NCBI GenBank assembly: GCA_001687465.1
Contig: LVLI01000067.1
Coordinates: 1 to 64,000, forward strand
Length of the DNA: 64,000 nucleotides
Origin: Halocafeteria seosinensis
Lineage: Eukaryota
Direction of reading: 5' to 3'
The notes under the pieces are model-generated. The model had not been told where the DNA came from, did no database searches, and was given only the letters and a program-made list of their open reading frames with translations. The position numbers were made by a program, and so were the translations under genes. Positions 27,121 to 38,224 of this stretch are shown here, in pieces. Numbering within the stretch: position 1 is the stretch's first letter; every line of letters begins with the position of its first letter.

Positions 27121-28066
27121 TCAGGCGAACGTGAATGGAACAAAACGCTGGCTTCGATCTACAATCGACCCGACAGTAGCTGTGAGCGCGATGGTAGACG
27201 CTCCGACAGCTCCTGCACTAAGCATGACAGCTAATCCACGCGCATTTCGCCTTGATGCTGGAGTTGCACGAATGGAAAAGAACATCAATAACGAGCAAGT
27301 CTATCATCCCCGACATATTGGGAGGCACTTACTGAATGCCGGTAAGCGATATATCATCCCCGTCATCGCGGCAGCCGCCATCTGTGTATAAATTTCTCTC
27401 CTCTTCAAACCTACATAGTCAGGAAACGTGTCAAACTCAAATTGGTCGAGTACCCACTCGGAGCCGGTGTATAACATCGCTGCAACAGCGGTAGACTCAC
27501 GTATTACTTGTCTCACAAAATGCACGATCGAAATACATACCTAGAGTTCCTAACGTATTCCCCATAGTGGAGCCACCTCGTCCACATCCATTTAAAATTG
27601 AGTTCAACAATATCCTCGGTCTGGGGGAAGGAGACGTGACAAACCCTCTAACCAAGCCTATCGAGCCTCCGACAGAAAGGCCTGTCAAGTACATGATGCC
27701 CGTGTTGTGCATTCCGCGTTCCCAAACGCTCTTTTTCGGACTGGCGAGTACCCTTGACTGTTTCTGCTGCCTATTATTTTGTTGAGAAATCGCTTGCATC
27801 ACTTTGGGATTAACTCCAAAAAGTTGATTAGGGTCCATTTGTTGCCCTCTTCCTCCTCGTCGTTCCCCCGAGTAATCGTCGCTGCTACCACCTCCAAATT
27901 CACTGTCATCCATTCTATCACTCCCGTAAGGCTCCTGCAGATCTTGCTGGAAGTTCACGGTGCTTCCACCCACCGACACGAACTCCATATCAGAAGTGTC
28001 GTCATCATTGAATGGATCCGCGAAAGGGTCCTCCAAAGTCTCGTCGTTGCCCCGGTTATTCGACAT
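27121..28066 (-). CDS. TIM23: Mitochondrial import translocase Tim23 (3 exons)
   Basis: NTGIMYLTGLSVGGSIGLVRG, RILLNSILNGCGRGGSTMGNTLG, AAAAMTGMIYR; last exon ends FVPFTFA* at 27121. Confidence 0.85.
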
Positions 28067-28461
28067 TTTCCAACCCTCAGAAAAATACAACCACTAGGAC
28101 ACAGAACAAACTATAACAGAGTTCAAGCGAGACACCAAATAATTTCCTCTAGAATACCCAAATGGCCCTCAATACGCAATTTTCCAAGCCGCTGTTCAGC
28201 CTGTTCTGTGTCACTTGAGAAGGCAACAAACTTTTGTGCTACTTGAAGTCGGGTAATTGCGTCAACTCGCAACTTGCGTGCGGATTTAGGTTTCGTAAAC
28301 GTAAGCTTGTTGTTCAGGACAGTTATTCGGAGTCGGAAGCTGGTCAAGATTGTTGACAATTACTCATGAAGGAATCAGTCTGATCCAGAATCGATTGTTC
28401 ACATTTTCGGAATGCTTAAGTGATGTATATTAATTCTTACCAGTCTTCTTGGAACCTGTTA

Positions 28462-30513
28462 TTAGGCTTGGTCAAATCCCATTTGCACCCTATATCGCTT
28501 CTTTTCGTCTGCTGTGAGACGATCGGGCAACCAGTGGCCACTGGAAGTTCTTACTTTAAATCGCTTCTTTGTAACAGGAAATATGGACTCCAAATCACAG
28601 TCCGTAACATCTTCGAATATATGGTCCGGATCTGGTCCCTCCGGTCCAAATTGTTGATGCAGAGCATCTTCTAACTCCTTCCCTCGAGCCCAATCCGGTA
28701 TCGGCTTTTGCTTTTTCGCATTTTCGTCTTCAGAGTCGTCATCGTTATCCGATAGTTCATAATTATCCTCTGGTCTTTTCTTTGGTGTAACTCTTCGGGA
28801 GCTACTAGCTCGCGCAGTCGTTGGTTTGTGGGAAGTGCTTTGAGGTTCAGCCACAGGTTGATTTGTAGCCGCCTGCGGTGGCTCTTCTGTCAAAGGATCT
28901 GAGTACGCTTGGGTTTCTCCTTCGGATTTATTGGTAGGTATAGTCTCAGACACAGCCGGCGTTTGCTGTGCCGTTTCCTGGGAGACCTCTGTGGTATACG
29001 TAGTATCATCGCGTCGCGAATTATCCATGGACTTCTCTTCACTCTGTGTTTGATCGTAAGTTTCCGTCGTCGATTCGGCTGCTGGTTCATTTGCGGCCGG
29101 TTCCTGTTGCTCACTGTCTGCAACTTTCAGTTGCTCTGGTGCGGCGAAGTTTGTTTCATTGCTGTCGGTGGTTTCCGGATGTTGCTCTTTTTCGTAAGAA
29201 ATTTCGGTGCTATAGTTTTTTCCATCCTCCACGGATGAGCCCTCTACTGCAGGTTCTCTCTTGCCGCCGGTGTCGTTGTCTGCCACAAATTGGCTTGAAC
29301 CAGCAATGGGTTGCTCTTCTGTCAGTTCCTGCGACCGGTCTGGAACTTTTCTATCTGCTTCATTGGTAGAAGTATCCTCCGATGTACTTGGGGGTTGTGG
29401 ATGTTGCTCCATTTCTTGAGAATGATACAAGTTTTCGCCAGTGTCGTCATATCCAGAAGCTTCCGCAGAGCCCTTCAACTCTTCCACTTTATGGACAGAA
29501 TGTTCGTGCTCCGGCTTGTTGTCCTCCGTTTCTTCCTGTTGTACGCGTTCATTCTCAGTCCTATCGGATTCTTCGTGTTGGCCTACGTTTCCATCTCCGA
29601 GGTTGATGATGCTATCATAAGATTCATTTTTTCTTGAGGAGCCGGTCTGGTCATATTGCGCTTCCGCAGCCGCTGCTTGTGCCTCCATTTCTACTTCTGC
29701 CTCAGCGCTCTTTTCGGCTGCAGCCTGCCGAGCGTAAGCGCGCAATAGGCGCTCCACCAGCTCCGCTTTCCTCCCCGTCTTCTTCTCACCTAATTCAGCT
29801 AGTGTATCTCTCAAATCTGCAACTTTCATCGCTCGGACTTTCTGTTTCAATTCTTCGTCAACTTCTTCTTCAGCGGACGGCGAATCGCTTTGTCGGGACG
29901 ACTTCGATGGTCTGGATTGCTCCTCTTGTTTATCCTCGTCAGCAGATTCCCTTGCCCGTTTCGACGATTGCCTACCTGAGAGAATAAAGGAATGGCAAGC
30001 ATTACTTGAAGACAGACATGCTCTTGGGTTAACTGATCGCCTTTAACGTACTCCGCCTACTATTTGACTCATGTTTCGGGGCAGGATCGTTAGTATCATC
30101 CTCGTTTTCCTGTGTTAAGTAGACAATGGCAGTATGATGTTTATAAGCGCCATCCCTTTCAAGTGGCTATTGACTCGTTGAGGAAAGAAGCCCGTACCTT
30201 ATTTTCCTTACTGATCTCCATTGAGGCATCATCATCATTAGTGGCCTCTTGAGGCTGCTGAGCCAGCTCACTGCATAGTCAGGGGACGAAAAAGTGGTGT
30301 TTCGGGTCCAAATACATGGCCTCTCTTGGAGCAGCGGACACAACAATCAGCAAAGGCTATCACGTACGGGCAATGCTTCTTTTTCAGGCCTTCTAGGTTC
30401 TGTGTTAGCCACTCTAAAATAGTATCTCCTTGCTTTTTTATATCATTTTGCCCATCCGAGGAGGCCGTGTTTAATTGACCTATAAGGTCATAAAACGACG
30501 AATAGGTGCTCAT
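28462..30513 (-). CDS. INCENP: INCENP (C-terminal IN-box) with an internal SAP motif (multi-exon)
   Basis: NYELSD..DSEDE..KPIPDWARG..L..Q..DPDHIF..CDLESIF..RF..RTSSGHW; SAP motif MKVADLRDTLAELGEKKTGRKAELVERL. Confidence 0.8.
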
Positions 30514-31694
30514 TGTACACTACTATGGGAATTTTCTGTCTTTATAGATTCAGAAAATACACGTTCCCCACGATATCATTCGGTGAATATTCTACAATCT
30601 GTATCTAAAAACACTCTGTTGTGGCGGCAGTTTGAACCGGAGCCAGTTAACGCGCGCGCGTTAAGACTCTTTCACACTGTTTGGTTGTTCTCTCCGACGT
30701 ACAGTCGCCAATACCACTAAATTGAAGGCGCATTAGATGTTGAAAGGAAGAGTAAATGAATGGATCCGCCGAAATGGTATTATCCTTCTTTGTTTCTGTG
30801 TATATTGGTGGTATACAGGGGCGATGTCGCAGTTCTAAACGGCCACTCCACGTCCAGAGAGGATCCCAGAAGTTGTCCAGGGGTCAGAAGAGTTACGCTG
30901 ATGCACGAAATATCCCACAAAGAAATTGGTATACTGTAAGGGAAGAGTCTTCGCGAGGCTCGTGGTAGATACTCATGCTCGAGAAGCTCCAATCTGGCTG
31001 GTCAGTCAGTGAGAATCATTGCGTTGTACTTCTTCCATTCATGGTTGTTGGCTATGACCAGGGATAGTTAGCAGTTGATGAACGGAGGCTCGCGCAACCT
31101 ATCCCAGGAATATTATGCGCGTAATGAAGGGGGGGGGGGTGCGAAGATGGCTGTGCGTAGTACGTGGCGCACAGTGTGCAAAGTCATATTCTTTATCCAT
31201 ATACGGTTCTAGATCTTTGTTGAATTTCTCGTACTGTCGTACACATTCCTTCGACTGCCGCAAAGAATTTCCTGCCTTTCTCGGCACGGTATGGGAGCCT
31301 TCTGAGGAACTATAACACGAATAAGCCACAACGTGAACACATACCTGGTATAACTAATGCTTCATAAAGTGAGGGTGCTTCATCATCAATGCCGAAAGCA
31401 TTCCATACCTCATTCATCAGAGCACCCTATACCAATCACAGTTGTACGGTAGTACTGGAATGATTCAGTCGTTGTACCACGCTGGCACAACCCACTGTGA
31501 AGCTCGAAGGAGCTCTGAAGTGCAAACAAATGTCCACAGTTTGTTCAATTAGAAGTTTCGACAGTATAGCCTTGGTTCGTTTCCCGCGTTAGTATCAATC
31601 ATATACTCTAACACTGAATGGTTACACGTAAGGACGAGTTATCACTTCGGAAAATACGTCGTCGGGCTGCCGAGTACGGGTATGCACGATTTCA

Positions 31695-33029
31695 ATGGCA
31701 TACATGCGGATATGCACGAAACGATGGCATTATTGCATGCCGCGGATCTTCGCACAAGGGCATGCTCGCCACTCGCATCCGGGAAACAAAGCACAATTGC
31801 GACAATGGTCATCTGGCGTTTGTGATGCTGGGGAGGTACGAGCTATTTCGACTCTTATGATACACTGCTTCACCACGGCATCATTTGTATAACCAAACAG
31901 AAGCCAGCAATTAACTTGATACGTACTGAAGATAGCTATACATTTGATAGAATGGACCATCTCCGTCTGGAGGAAGCGTTGTTTCGGGTACCGTCGCTGA
32001 AGGATCACGGCATTGACATCGAGAGCAATAATTGGTAAGCACTGATCAACGTCATTAGAACTCGATCTGAATTAAACATGGAGCCGTCATCATCCGCAAA
32101 AACGCAGGTGCATTTTGGGGAGAGGATGTGAACCTCCGAAAGTCGTCATGGGGATCTCAGGGAAACCACGAGAGCTGCTCAATTTGGACGCGGTACACAG
32201 GTGAGGAATTTCTTGAGGATGGCTTCTTTCGCTACTACGAATTGTGATGGCTAGCCTAATTGAGAAACACAGGAACGGGGCTGAGGTCATTCGCAGATTC
32301 TCGGGTGGAGGAACGGTGGTTGTCGATAACAATACTCTCTTTGTAACCTTGATCCTTAATCAAGTATGTTGTTTCGGTTTACCGCCGTCTTTTATTCACT
32401 TTGCTATTACTTGCCCAACAAATACATTTGCAGTCAGCTGTTAATAATGCTCCAAGGTATCCGAACGAAGTTATGAAATGGAGCGAGCGCTTCTACTCGC
32501 CCGTATTTGCCAGGGTTGCACCGAATAGTGAGGTACGACTCCTGTCCTTAGATCTGACGACGCACCTAACTTACTGCAGAACTGCGTTTACAGCCATTCC
32601 GGTTGAACGAGCAGGATTACTGTTTCGGTGATGTAAAGATGGGTGGCAATGCACAGAGTAAGTCGGCATCGGTTTTGGAGTATGGCATGGGGTTCTCACT
32701 TTGCCCACGAGTGCACAGGCATGAGCCGAGATCGCTTTGTTCATCATACGTCATTTCTGTGGGATTTCGATGAAGAAAATATGGATCTATTGACTTTGCC
32801 CTCAAAGCAACCTGCGTATAGGGAACAGAGAGCCCACGCGGACTTCCTAACCCCGTTGAAACACCACGTCAGTTCTTCGGAAGCGTTTTTCACAGCGATA
32901 GAAGAGCAAGTTCGCACATGTTTCAACGTTAAAACGTACGATTTGGACGAGGTTTCACCCTTGCTTGACAGCTATCAGGGCCGTCAAACAAACAAGCATG
33001 TTGATATCGCTGACTACATGGATTACTGA
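31695..33029 (+). CDS. Lipoate-protein ligase A-like, with putative mitochondrial presequence (multi-exon)
   Basis: HLRLEEALFR, VVMGISGKP, VIRRFSGGGTVVVD, KMGGNAQ, RFVHHTSFLWDF, YREQRAHADFL. Confidence 0.88.
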
Positions 33030-33366
33030 AGTGACAATACAGGCCATCACTTCAGATACACTGCAACCACTCCCAGCTTAGGGATAGACGATGTTGAATC
33101 CAATTTTGTGGATGCATAACCTTGTTCAGGAATACCCCCTTGCATCCCATGCAGCAATATTTTACCGTGCGTATCCGACGAGGATTGACACAGGTTTTCT
33201 TTGTAAACGATTGGGGCAACAGCGGAACTAGTACCACCACACTTTGAAAGTCCAAACATGCACACGGTCTCACGTGAGGAAGTTCTAGGGTGTTGGTCAC
33301 TTTACATATTCTCAATGGAACAGAATCGCCGATGTCCCTCCCTACAAAAGTTCGGCACAAGGAATC

Positions 33367-34524
33367 CTATCTAGCTCCGGTCTCCGTAGAGGTAGAGTAT
33401 TTCGGGAGAAGGGCTGGATCGGCCGGGAGCGGTGCTTCGGAGAACCACGGATGCTGCAGGGCCTCTTCCGCGCCGATTCGATCGTCCGGGTTAACTGTCA
33501 GCATCCTCAATAGTAAATCGTAACCCGTTTCTGTCAAGTAGTTAGTTCCCGCGAGGGCTATGGCGGGGACCTGAAGTCGTTCACGCAGTCGACATTTCTT
33601 CTGCGTTGGCCACGAGAATTTCTTGGCATTCTTGAGTTTGGAGTAACCAGGCCACGACTTTTCCGTCGGCGATCCTAACGTAGAGAAAATCATTTTTAGT
33701 AACTCGCCTTCCTGTGACGCTTGAAATAGGACCTGGTTCGACACCATTTCCGCAAAGATACATCCTGCACTCCACACGTCCACTCCGGGTCCGTACGTAT
33801 CAGCTCCTAACAGGAGCTCGGGGCATCGGTATGCGGGTGTCACCAAGTTTTGTGTATAATGCCGTACGGGTCGTCCATATTTCCTCGCCATTCCAAAGTC
33901 GCAGAGTCGTAGAATTCCATCGTTTCCCATCAACAAGTTGCTAGGTTTTAAATCGCGGTGAATATACCAATGGTGGTGCAAATACGCGAGACCACTCAAT
34001 AACTGGAGCATGAGGCATTTGACATGCGCCGGGCGTAAATGATTCGGGCCATACTGTGACTTCTTGAGTTGCTTCATGAGCATTTTCAAGTCATGGTCAC
34101 AATAATCGAGCACCATGAATATTTTATCCAGTGTACTTCCTACAACCATTTCACGGACGCGTATGATGTTCACGTGGTCCAATGATAATAACACATTCGT
34201 CTCACGCAATGCCGTCAAAGGGAACCCTTCGCCTCCTTTCACTTCCTCATCCATGCGCACTTGCTTCAGAGCGACAATATCCCCTTGTTCACGGCCTTTG
34301 GCTCGATATACCACGCCGTAGACACCTTCTCCTATGCGCTCCAAACGCTCGTATTTCTCGACACTGCGGCAGCCATGCCATAGAGGCACATGCTTGTTAT
34401 GACACCCATTGGCACGGGCATTGCCATTGCCATCGCCCTGGCCATCGTCGTGCTTTATACGCTTTGATTGGCGAGGTTCATCCACCTCATTGAAGTCACG
34501 TTTTTGTCCGGATACCGAGGCCAT
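33367..34524 (-). CDS. CDK11: Cyclin-dependent kinase, CDK10/CDK11 (CDKG) family
   Basis: GCRSVEKYERLERIGEG.YGVV, GFPLTALRE, HRDLKPSNLL, CDFGMARKYG; intronless. Confidence 0.85.
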   Translation of the reverse strand: MASVSGQKRDFNEVDEPRQSKRIKHDDGQGDGNGNARANGCHNKHVPLWHGCRSVEKYERLERIGEGVYGVVYRAKGREQGDIVALKQVRMDEEVKGGEGFPLTALRETNVLLSLDHVNIIRVREMVVGSTLDKIFMVLDYCDHDLKMLMKQLKKSQYGPNHLRPAHVKCLMLQLLSGLAYLHHHWYIHRDLKPSNLLMGNDGILRLCDFGMARKYGRPVRHYTQNLVTPAYRCPELLLGADTYGPGVDVWSAGCIFAEMVSNQVLFQASQEGELLKMIFSTLGSPTEKSWPGYSKLKNAKKFSWPTQKKCRLRERLQVPAIALAGTNYLTETGYDLLLRMLTVNPDDRIGAEEALQHPWFSEAPLPADPALLPKYSTSTETGAR

Positions 34525-34587
34525 TACCGCCACCCTTCGACAACGATAAGTTCAATTTGGATTGTTAAGATTACACCCCATATATAA

Positions 34588-36273
34588 ATGACTTCAACTT
34601 GGACCAGACAATACATACAAACGATGAATTGGAATCAGGACCCCCTCGACCCCTCTTACGCCAGTTTCACAGGGTTTACAGCCAGTTCCAGTAGTGCCCC
34701 CAGCACTGCCAACGGAGGTCAGGAGGAGGATGAGGGCGATGTGGCACCCAAAACACTGCTGCGAGTGAAGCGAAAGCGCTCTGAAGCGCCTCAGGAATGG
34801 CTCCTCGTCCAGACACAGACGCGAAAGCGCCCAGCATTGGATGAGGACGGACCAGACACCAAGGATGAGAGTAAGCCACAGCGACAGCAAAGCTCCGAAA
34901 AGGATGCTCCTGCAGCAGAGTGTTGTACCGAGCCATCCAAGAACGCGTTTACGCGCTTGCCATTCCGCCGGTTGGGGACTGTCAGTTCGTATAAGTCTGA
35001 CTCTATTAATAAATCCGGCAAACTGCAGCGTCGATGGCGCAGATTACATGGATTTTCGGTCGCCGAGTTCAAGGCGTTCCCACAACCGGCTAATGCCGAG
35101 AGCGATAATAACGCGTTGGCTCGGAATGTAGAACTGTCACGATCACGGGAACAGGCTATGATTCACTCTCGTCGAGCTGAGTCATTGAAAAGCAGGCGCT
35201 TCCATCTCGTTGATGTGGATCACCGCCCAACCCAGTCGTCGAAAGATGTCGATAACGAGCAACATAGCTGGAGTTTACACTCAACGAGCACGTCATCGGT
35301 CCCGCGCTTTAAAATCAAGAAGGGATGTATCATGAATCCATTCGAGCGTGAGCTAGACTACCTCATTTCAACTGGATTCCAGATAGAGAATGATGACCAG
35401 AACGTACTCTTAGAGGAATGGAGGCATAATGTTGAGCAGTTCTTGAGGTCCAATGAAAAACTTGTAAATTTCCAACGACCGACTACCGACGGAAGGACGG
35501 TACTGATGGCATCTGCTTATTGGGGATCCCTCAATTTGATCAAATATCTGCTTCGAGCTGGAGCGATGGCAGCTCTGGTAGACGTCGACGGGAAAACGGC
35601 AGCAGACTATGCACTTTCTAGAGGCAACAGGGAGATCGCACAGATTTTACAGTCGAAGGAACGTGGGGAAGACCCTTCTGGACATGCCAAACGGTCTGAC
35701 TCTAGGAAACAAGCTCAAGCAGATGACGAAGTTTACGATCTCTATGCATTGGATCCCAGACGATTACAATCCGAAAAAAATGAATCTGCTAAGTCGCACA
35801 TACAGAAGGAACGCGAACCTGCAGCCAAAGGGACCGCTGGACGCAACATTTTTGAAGCTTCTCCGCAAATATACGTACCTAACGTTGACCCTGGCCAAGC
35901 AAGTGCGGCCACAAACAATGACCAATACAACCCGAGCGAAGATTTTGACCTAAGCGACGATGAATTCTTGGATGATGTAGAACGTGAAGATGATGATGAT
36001 TTCGGAGAGGATGAAGACGACAGCAATGGCGAGAATCGGTCCTTCAATGAGTATCCTGACGAAGAGGATTTTCCACAGGATGATGAAGATGCATCGTTTT
36101 CCGGTGATGAAATAAATGATGCGGATGGACGTGACGGCGACTCGGCAGAGGAAGCAGGCTTTCGAGAATTGTTACATCACGAACTCGAAAAGGAGGATGA
36201 GACGTTTGAGATGACTCCTCAATTAAGAAGTTTGATTCAACGAGGACATGGACGTATGACAGACCAATACTGA
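34588..36273 (+). CDS. Iwr1/SLC7A6OS-like Pol II import factor with central ankyrin repeats
   Basis: LLRVKRKRSEAPQEWLLV; DEVYDLY; DEDDSNGENRSFNEYPDEE; ankyrin motifs GRTVLMASAYWG and DGKTAADYA. Confidence 0.7.
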   Translation: MTSTWTRQYIQTMNWNQDPLDPSYASFTGFTASSSSAPSTANGGQEEDEGDVAPKTLLRVKRKRSEAPQEWLLVQTQTRKRPALDEDGPDTKDESKPQRQQSSEKDAPAAECCTEPSKNAFTRLPFRRLGTVSSYKSDSINKSGKLQRRWRRLHGFSVAEFKAFPQPANAESDNNALARNVELSRSREQAMIHSRRAESLKSRRFHLVDVDHRPTQSSKDVDNEQHSWSLHSTSTSSVPRFKIKKGCIMNPFERELDYLISTGFQIENDDQNVLLEEWRHNVEQFLRSNEKLVNFQRPTTDGRTVLMASAYWGSLNLIKYLLRAGAMAALVDVDGKTAADYALSRGNREIAQILQSKERGEDPSGHAKRSDSRKQAQADDEVYDLYALDPRRLQSEKNESAKSHIQKEREPAAKGTAGRNIFEASPQIYVPNVDPGQASAATNNDQYNPSEDFDLSDDEFLDDVEREDDDDFGEDEDDSNGENRSFNEYPDEEDFPQDDEDASFSGDEINDADGRDGDSAEEAGFRELLHHELEKEDETFEMTPQLRSLIQRGHGRMTDQY

Positions 36274-36769
36274 GTCACTGAGGTGCTTGGTCAGTTTCCC
36301 ACGGAAGTGATTTTGTCGCCGCCTCTGCAGATGCCGTGGAACTAGTAATTTTGCTAGCAGCGATGAACTATGTTTTGCTCGATAAGTGCTTTGGTTCTGA
36401 TGAACGCTGTGGCCGATGAAAATTCAACGAAGCTTGGGTACCGTTTTGCTTGTTAACTTGATCAGTCGGCGCTATGTTGGAGTTGTCTACGAACGTGCTT
36501 ATCAGTTTTCTTGATTTAGAATGGTGCCATCTGCTTACGGGAGCATGACGCATGACGGCCGGTTAGTATTCTTGGGTGATATGCACACCGCCCAACACAC
36601 GTGGCAAGCAGTCCCTTCCGTCACGAACGGAAGCTGTTTCAGAGAAATGGCATTCTGCAAACACCTACGGTACGTTAAAAGTGGGAAGGACAACGCAGAC
36701 GACTGGAACTCCAGCCGCACTTACGCAGCTTAGAAGCCATCACCCGTGGATCATTTAGACCGAAATTGT

Positions 36770-37027
36770 CTGAATATATAGGCTTTATTGCATGACGAAG
36801 CCCACTAGTATGTTCTACCACTCCATCAACACATTCTTCGCTCAATCTGGTGACCGCATATGCTCGAAGTCGTAGCCCTCGTCTTCGCGCTTCGGTATCC
36901 TCGACAGTAAGCGACTACAACTTGTAACTGTAGTGACGAACTCCACCATGCGCGCATCCTTACGAAGATCCCCTCTTTGCTCTGCTTTACACAAAAATCC
37001 ATATCTTCTTCCATCAGACCCCGTCAT
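36770..37027 (-). pseudogene. ATR: Frameshifted fragment of an ATR-like PIKK kinase domain
   Basis: GSDGRRYGFLCKAEQRGDLRKDARMVEF..RLL / EDTEARRRGLRLRAYAVTRLSEEC / LMEW / EHTSGLRH needs three frameshifts; no room for a full gene. Confidence 0.8.
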
Positions 37028-37254
37028 CCCGTTCCACGTCAAAACACGGTCCTATTATCACTGCACCAGGAGATAGTTGTCCTTCAACCTTGCCCAGGCA
37101 AGTTGAAGCCAAACATTTCTCGCTCGGGTAGATATATTTGTCACTCAGTATTGTTCTGGAGCCAGAGTCCATAGTATCAAAATTGTCTGTCTCTCTTTGA
37201 TCGAAGAGAAGGCATTGTTTGTGTTCCCCATTTATATCACTGACAGGAGACGCC

Positions 37255-38148
37255 ATGAGCAACTTATATCCCTCTTCAAGGGATAGTCCAAATGGAGGGC
37301 CCAGGATGGGAGTAGCGCTAGATCGGTCCCAGAGGATGGAGTTATGGAAAAATTTAAAAGAGCGCGAATTATGGGACGACATGGCAGATTTCTATGGCGT
37401 GATTAGAGCGACGGAATTGCTAGAAGCAGCGTACGCCCGGGGAGCGGTGGAACCGGATAAATACACTAATGTATGCAAGAGTTTGATAAGCAGCTTTGGA
37501 ATCCAAGAGCAAGTTCTACAGTCAAGGGGAGCAATCAAAGATGGAGCGGCGTTTATCGAGGAATATGCGTACGTTAGACGGCTAAGCTGTCCTGAAACTG
37601 CTGTTCATTGTACAAGTCTACTATGGCCCGATTACAGGAAAGACGCCACGAGAGCAAAGATCAGGCTCATCACGGAAAAGATTCCAGCGACAGCCCAACA
37701 TGTAACCCCTTCATGGGATTCTAAACAAGCTCTGATTTTCGACGCAGTAAGTAGACATCGCTGCTCCTGTCAAGACAGCACGTGTAGCGAAGTACTGGTT
37801 GATGTGTACTTGCAGACGAATGCGCTAATTCAGGCTTCTGATTCGGTGTCTCTACAAATGACGCGCAAAGGAGATCTGCATCCACTGCTAGTTGACGTGT
37901 TGGATAGCATTAATAAATTAGGGGTTTGCCGGGATGATCATCCAACAGTTCAAACTACGAAGAAATGGTTAGTACTAAGTCCTCCAGGATTAGAATCGCT
38001 CCTGTTGTCCACTCGTCAACTTGCATACAGGTTACAATATTTAGAGCCTTTACGAGCGTCGGACGAGCTCACTTCAGAAGATGCTGAACAGTTGACAATG
38101 GAGTTTGGAAATGCATTACGGCAATTTCGGTCCACGTTAGAGCAGTAG
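37255..38148 (+). CDS. VPS28: ESCRT-I subunit VPS28 (4 exons)
   Basis: ERELWDDMADFYGVIRATELLEAAY..Y...C..LI..F; DLHPLL; LRASDELT. Introns 37569-37637, 37747-37815 and 37968-38030. Confidence 0.9.
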   Translation: MSNLYPSSRDSPNGGPRMGVALDRSQRMELWKNLKERELWDDMADFYGVIRATELLEAAYARGAVEPDKYTNVCKSLISSFGIQEQVLQSRGAIKDGAAFIEEYAYVRRLSCPETAVHCTSLLWPDYRKDATRAKIRLITEKIPATAQHVTPSWDSKQALIFDAVSRHRCSCQDSTCSEVLVDVYLQTNALIQASDSVSLQMTRKGDLHPLLVDVLDSINKLGVCRDDHPTVQTTKKWLVLSPPGLESLLLSTRQLAYRLQYLEPLRASDELTSEDAEQLTMEFGNALRQFRSTLEQ

Positions 38149-38224
38149 GCTGGTGTCCCCATCAATAATAAACACGATCTGGTGTTCCACTGTCATGTTT
38201 CCGGTTTAAGTCACTTTCTCGTAA

